Assembly (NCBI GenBank): GCA_902384675.1
Contig: CABMCT010000029.1
Coordinates: 1-59,771 of the forward strand
From: an uncultured archaeon
Lineage (GTDB): Archaea > EX4484-52 > LFW-46
DNA: 59,771 nt
Reading direction: 5' to 3'
Position 1 is the first letter of the stretch, and the number at the start of each line of letters is the position of its first letter. The position numbers and the translations under genes were made by a program. Below, one piece after another: positions 56,544 through 59,771 of this stretch. The notes below the pieces were generated by a model. It worked only from the letters and a program-made list of their open reading frames with translations. It ran no database searches and was not told the origin of the DNA.

Positions 56544-58970
56544 TTAACATGTCTTGATGTCGTTTCCACTAATGCAGAACTTCTTTAGCGCCTGTACAGA
56601 ATTATACGCGAATGTGTCGTCTTTTGAAACATTTTCCTTCCACCAGTTAAGCAGTTCCTCACGTGTCTGTCGCGGCAGCTCCACTTCGTAAATCTTGACT
56701 TCAGGATTGTCGTAAACCTTCTTCACATAGTCAACGCCTTTTCCGTCAAAGAAGAAAAGCTTTGCGAAAACAGAGGTTCCCGTAGCAGTGCTTGGAACGC
56801 CGCGGGTCCCGTCAACAGGGAAAAACACGCCGTATTTAGTAACCAGCAGGCATGCGTCAATCGCTGGGTCCTTGGGCTTGAGGTCCACCAGGCCGTCTTC
56901 GGTGCACAGGTATTTCAGGTTTGCGTCTCCCCTGGGAGTCGAGAACGTTATCTGCTGTATCTGGGTATCGATGCTTGTGCCGTTCGGATTCACTGATACG
57001 TAAAATGCGCTTGAGCCCAGCGGGAAAACAAGGATGGGCTTTCCGCTTTTCTGCAGCTGCTGCGGATTGCCCAGCGGTACGTACTGGTCTATTTCCTGCG
57101 AATCAGTTCCTATGCTGGTCATTGCAGAGTACTTTCCAATCATAGAGGCATCAACGATAATATGCGTAATTCCATAGTGCGAAAGATAATCTTTCTGTTC
57201 GCTTTCATTCATTCTCCCGCTGAAATACCTGCCTGCAAGCTGGTCCCCGTAATAATAGTTATTTCCTCCGTCAAGCGCGCTTGCCCGTTCGCCCATTGCC
57301 TGGAACCAGTAGCCATAGTCCCACCAGGAAAGTATCACTGAATCTGTTGATGTGTTATTTTTCATGAAATTCATCGCACCGTCCCAGTTATCATTATAAA
57401 GCGGCCCCAGGCTGCTTCCAAGAGCGTACCCCGACGCAAGACTTGCTACAAGAACTAACGCGATAAGCCCTCCTGCCCCAACGCTGTATATGTTTATCTT
57501 TTCCTCAAGCGTCTTTGCATTTTTAACTGCATCCATATTCCTAATGCGGGAAATTGCTTCTGATATGAAATATCCTGCAAAAATAGCCATGTACGGGCCA
57601 GCAAGAAACCCTGCCTGCGTGATGCTTAAGAATTCAAGTATCGCTGTGAACAGCAGTATTGCAATCAATGCCGGCTCATGCTGTCCTGCTTTTGCAAACA
57701 AAAAGACGGATGCAAAAAAAGAGACAATGTATATTGTCTGAAGGGCGTCGCTCGGATTTTCAACGAACATTATGAACGATAAAAGCGCTGCAGCCACCAG
57801 AACAGGATGCAGCCATTTGGGATTATTGCCTGATTTGTATGCAAGATATATCAGCGCGATAAATGCGAAAACCCACGAACCTATGTATAACAAAATCGGC
57901 TGCAAAACCGGGATGACTCCTGCTGCGTAAGGCGCCCCGAACTGGGAATTAAATGTCCCGAAATCAGGCCTTTGGTACTCTGCAACCGTGTTCCCGAAGA
58001 CCCCTTTGTTAAAGAAAAGAAAATGGCTCGCAGTATTCAGGAATCCTGCGATAGGCGACGAGAATGTGGATGCTATCAGTACGATTATTAATCCGATAAC
58101 AGAAAGCGCCGGAATGAAGTATTTAAGAGACCCTTTTTCGACCAGGTTAAACCGCTCCACAGCTCCTCTTGCAATAATTGCCAAAAGCGTGAAATATGTC
58201 ATTAAATGGGTTGCTTCAAGATACGAACCCTGCGTGATGAATGCTCCCAGGGTTATCGCGATTGTTATAAAAATATAATTTTTCATTAACGCTTTCTGGT
58301 GTCTGTTGGCAAAAAGGAGTGCGAATGCAAGTATTGCATAGCCAACGTAAAGGTGCTTTGCCCCTCCCCAGCCTGCATCAACAAGGGCAAGGCACATTCC
58401 CATAAGGGCTGCAGAAAGCCACGAATCTTTTTTCATGGTCCTTATGAAGAAGTAAACCGACAGCATCATAAAAACAAGGGTTGCCGGCTCTTTTCCGATG
58501 TATCCGGAAGAATTTCTCATGAGCAGCGCAGGCATAACCGCGAAAAAGAATGCAGAAAAAATTCCTGTCCATTTGTCTTTCAGTTCTTTTCCGATTAGAT
58601 ACATCGGGATTGCAGTAAGCGCGGTTATAATTGGCGGATAATACATTACAAGAGACCTGTATGGCAGGCTTGAAAAAATACTTGCGATTTTATAGAATAT
58701 GACCGGCAGATAAAATGGAAGCGGCTGCTCTGTAGCGGTGCTTAGGCCGAAAGGATAGTTTCTAAGAGCATCCCATGCTATCATGTGGAAATTGTTATTC
58801 AGAATATATACAGACATTCTATAAAAAAGATGTATGTCTATATCGGGTATATACTTTTGAACTAGCGGAAGCGAAAGAAGCCGTATATAAAGCGCCAAAA
58901 CAAAAACTCCAGCTACTGCAAAGAGCGACCAGTTTTTTTTCAGCAGGTTGTTGAAGCCTTCTTCGTTCAT
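56544..58970 (-). CDS. aglB: Archaeal oligosaccharyltransferase (STT3/AglB)
   Basis: DID in EL1, TVAE, WWDYGYW, DASMIGK and about 13 TMs. Confidence 0.96.
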   Translation of the reverse strand: MNEEGFNNLLKKNWSLFAVAGVFVLALYIRLLSLPLVQKYIPDIDIHLFYRMSVYILNNNFHMIAWDALRNYPFGLSTATEQPLPFYLPVIFYKIASIFSSLPYRSLVMYYPPIITALTAIPMYLIGKELKDKWTGIFSAFFFAVMPALLMRNSSGYIGKEPATLVFMMLSVYFFIRTMKKDSWLSAALMGMCLALVDAGWGGAKHLYVGYAILAFALLFANRHQKALMKNYIFITIAITLGAFITQGSYLEATHLMTYFTLLAIIARGAVERFNLVEKGSLKYFIPALSVIGLIIVLIASTFSSPIAGFLNTASHFLFFNKGVFGNTVAEYQRPDFGTFNSQFGAPYAAGVIPVLQPILLYIGSWVFAFIALIYLAYKSGNNPKWLHPVLVAAALLSFIMFVENPSDALQTIYIVSFFASVFLFAKAGQHEPALIAILLFTAILEFLSITQAGFLAGPYMAIFAGYFISEAISRIRNMDAVKNAKTLEEKINIYSVGAGGLIALVLVASLASGYALGSSLGPLYNDNWDGAMNFMKNNTSTDSVILSWWDYGYWFQAMGERASALDGGNNYYYGDQLAGRYFSGRMNESEQKDYLSHYGITHIIVDASMIGKYSAMTSIGTDSQEIDQYVPLGNPQQLQKSGKPILVFPLGSSAFYVSVNPNGTSIDTQIQQITFSTPRGDANLKYLCTEDGLVDLKPKDPAIDACLLVTKYGVFFPVDGTRGVPSTATGTSVFAKLFFFDGKGVDYVKKVYDNPEVKIYEVELPRQTREELLNWWKENVSKDDTFAYNSVQALKKFCISGNDIKTC

Positions 58971-59075
58971 AATTAGAACTGTATGTAAAGGTTTTTATAG
59001 TTATAGTCAATCCAATAATTTTGAATTCTTCATAACTGATAGTGTTTGTATTCCAATTATTTCATGCAACAAATA

Positions 59076-59771
59076 TCATAATACTTTGTGCTTAAAAGAC
59101 CCTATTGTTTTTTTAATTCCCTCTTCAAAAGACACTTTCGGTTCCCACAAAAGAAGTTTTTTGGCTTTGCTTATGTCAGGATTTCTCCGGTGCGGGTCGT
59201 CTTCCGGCAAATCACCAAAAATAATCTCTGACTGGCTGCCGGCCATTTCCCTGACAATTTCAGCAGTTTGGAGAATCGTGTATTCTTCGGGGTTTCCGAG
59301 ATTAATAGCTTCCCCTTTAAGCGATTCGGAAAACATGAATTTTTTTAAGCCTTCCACAAGGTCGGAAACATAACAGAAGCTTCTTGTCTGGTTGCCTTTC
59401 CCGTAAACCGTTATCGGCTTGTTTTGGAGTGCCTGCGAAATGAAATTAGGTATCACGCGGCCGTCGTTCTCCCTCATCCTGGGACCGTATGTGTTAAAAA
59501 TGCGAGCAATCCGGATGTCAAGCCCGTGTTCTTTAGAGTAGCTCATGGCAAGAGCTTCTGCAAACCTTTTTGATTCGTCATAGCAGCTTCTTGGCCCTGT
59601 CGGATTGACGTTGCCCCAGTAAGTCTCTTTTTGCGGATGCTCTTTTGGGTCCCCATAGATCTCTGATGTCGACGCAAGAAGGATGCGGGCTTTTTTTTCC
59701 TTCGCAAGCTCAAGCATGTTGTACGTGCCAAAATAGTTTGCAAGCATTGTTTCGATGGGGCGCAACTGGTA
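59076..59771 (-). CDS. UDP-glucuronate decarboxylase (UXS-like), 5' part beyond the right edge
   Basis: ASTSEIYGDP, YWGNVNP.GPRSCYDESKR, RIFNTYGPRM and QTRSFCYVSD. Confidence 0.9.
   Translation of the reverse strand, partial: YQLRPIETMLANYFGTYNMLELAKEKKARILLASTSEIYGDPKEHPQKETYWGNVNPTGPRSCYDESKRFAEALAMSYSKEHGLDIRIARIFNTYGPRMRENDGRVIPNFISQALQNKPITVYGKGNQTRSFCYVSDLVEGLKKFMFSESLKGEAINLGNPEEYTILQTAEIVREMAGSQSEIIFGDLPEDDPHRRNPDISKAKKLLLWEPKVSFEEGIKKTIGSFKHKVL

Overview
Archaeal genomic DNA, probably a DPANN-type lineage (inference from Trm56, AglB, a BHB tRNA intron, a CdpB-like PRC barrel, TATA promoters and GGTGA/GGAGG ribosome sites). 1-16.4 kb is housekeeping and surface genes: class III ribonucleotide reductase nrdD under a bacterial-type nrdR with NrdR boxes spaced 31 bp apart, trm56, a frameshifted MgtA, a classical mevalonate operon (MVK-HAD-MVD-HD-PMK) and two surface proteins. 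tRNA-Ser(GCT) carries a 117-nt intron at 59/60 in a perfect bulge-helix-bulge. 17-59.8 kb is a roughly 43-kb N-glycosylation island ending in a flippase, aglB and a UDP-glucuronate decarboxylase. It holds two Gmd (one with an intact-looking LAGLIDADG intein), two AsnB, two WbpB/WbpE-like pairs, a B12 radical SAM enzyme and two convergent STT3-like plus small-membrane-protein pairs that lack WWDYG. The most striking unexplained signal is a dispersed family of modular, self-nesting imperfect palindromes (at least 10 intergenic copies). They have conserved AAAGC...GATTTT junctions, covarying stems, a conserved CCA-N7/8-ATGCA-N-TGGG loop and GCGAAGC mini-hairpins. Copies bury the nrdR start codon and supply stop codons, and related sequence appears in an asnB in-frame insertion and the tRNA intron. 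No transposase is visible in the window. All assignments are from motif reading by eye; no searches were run.
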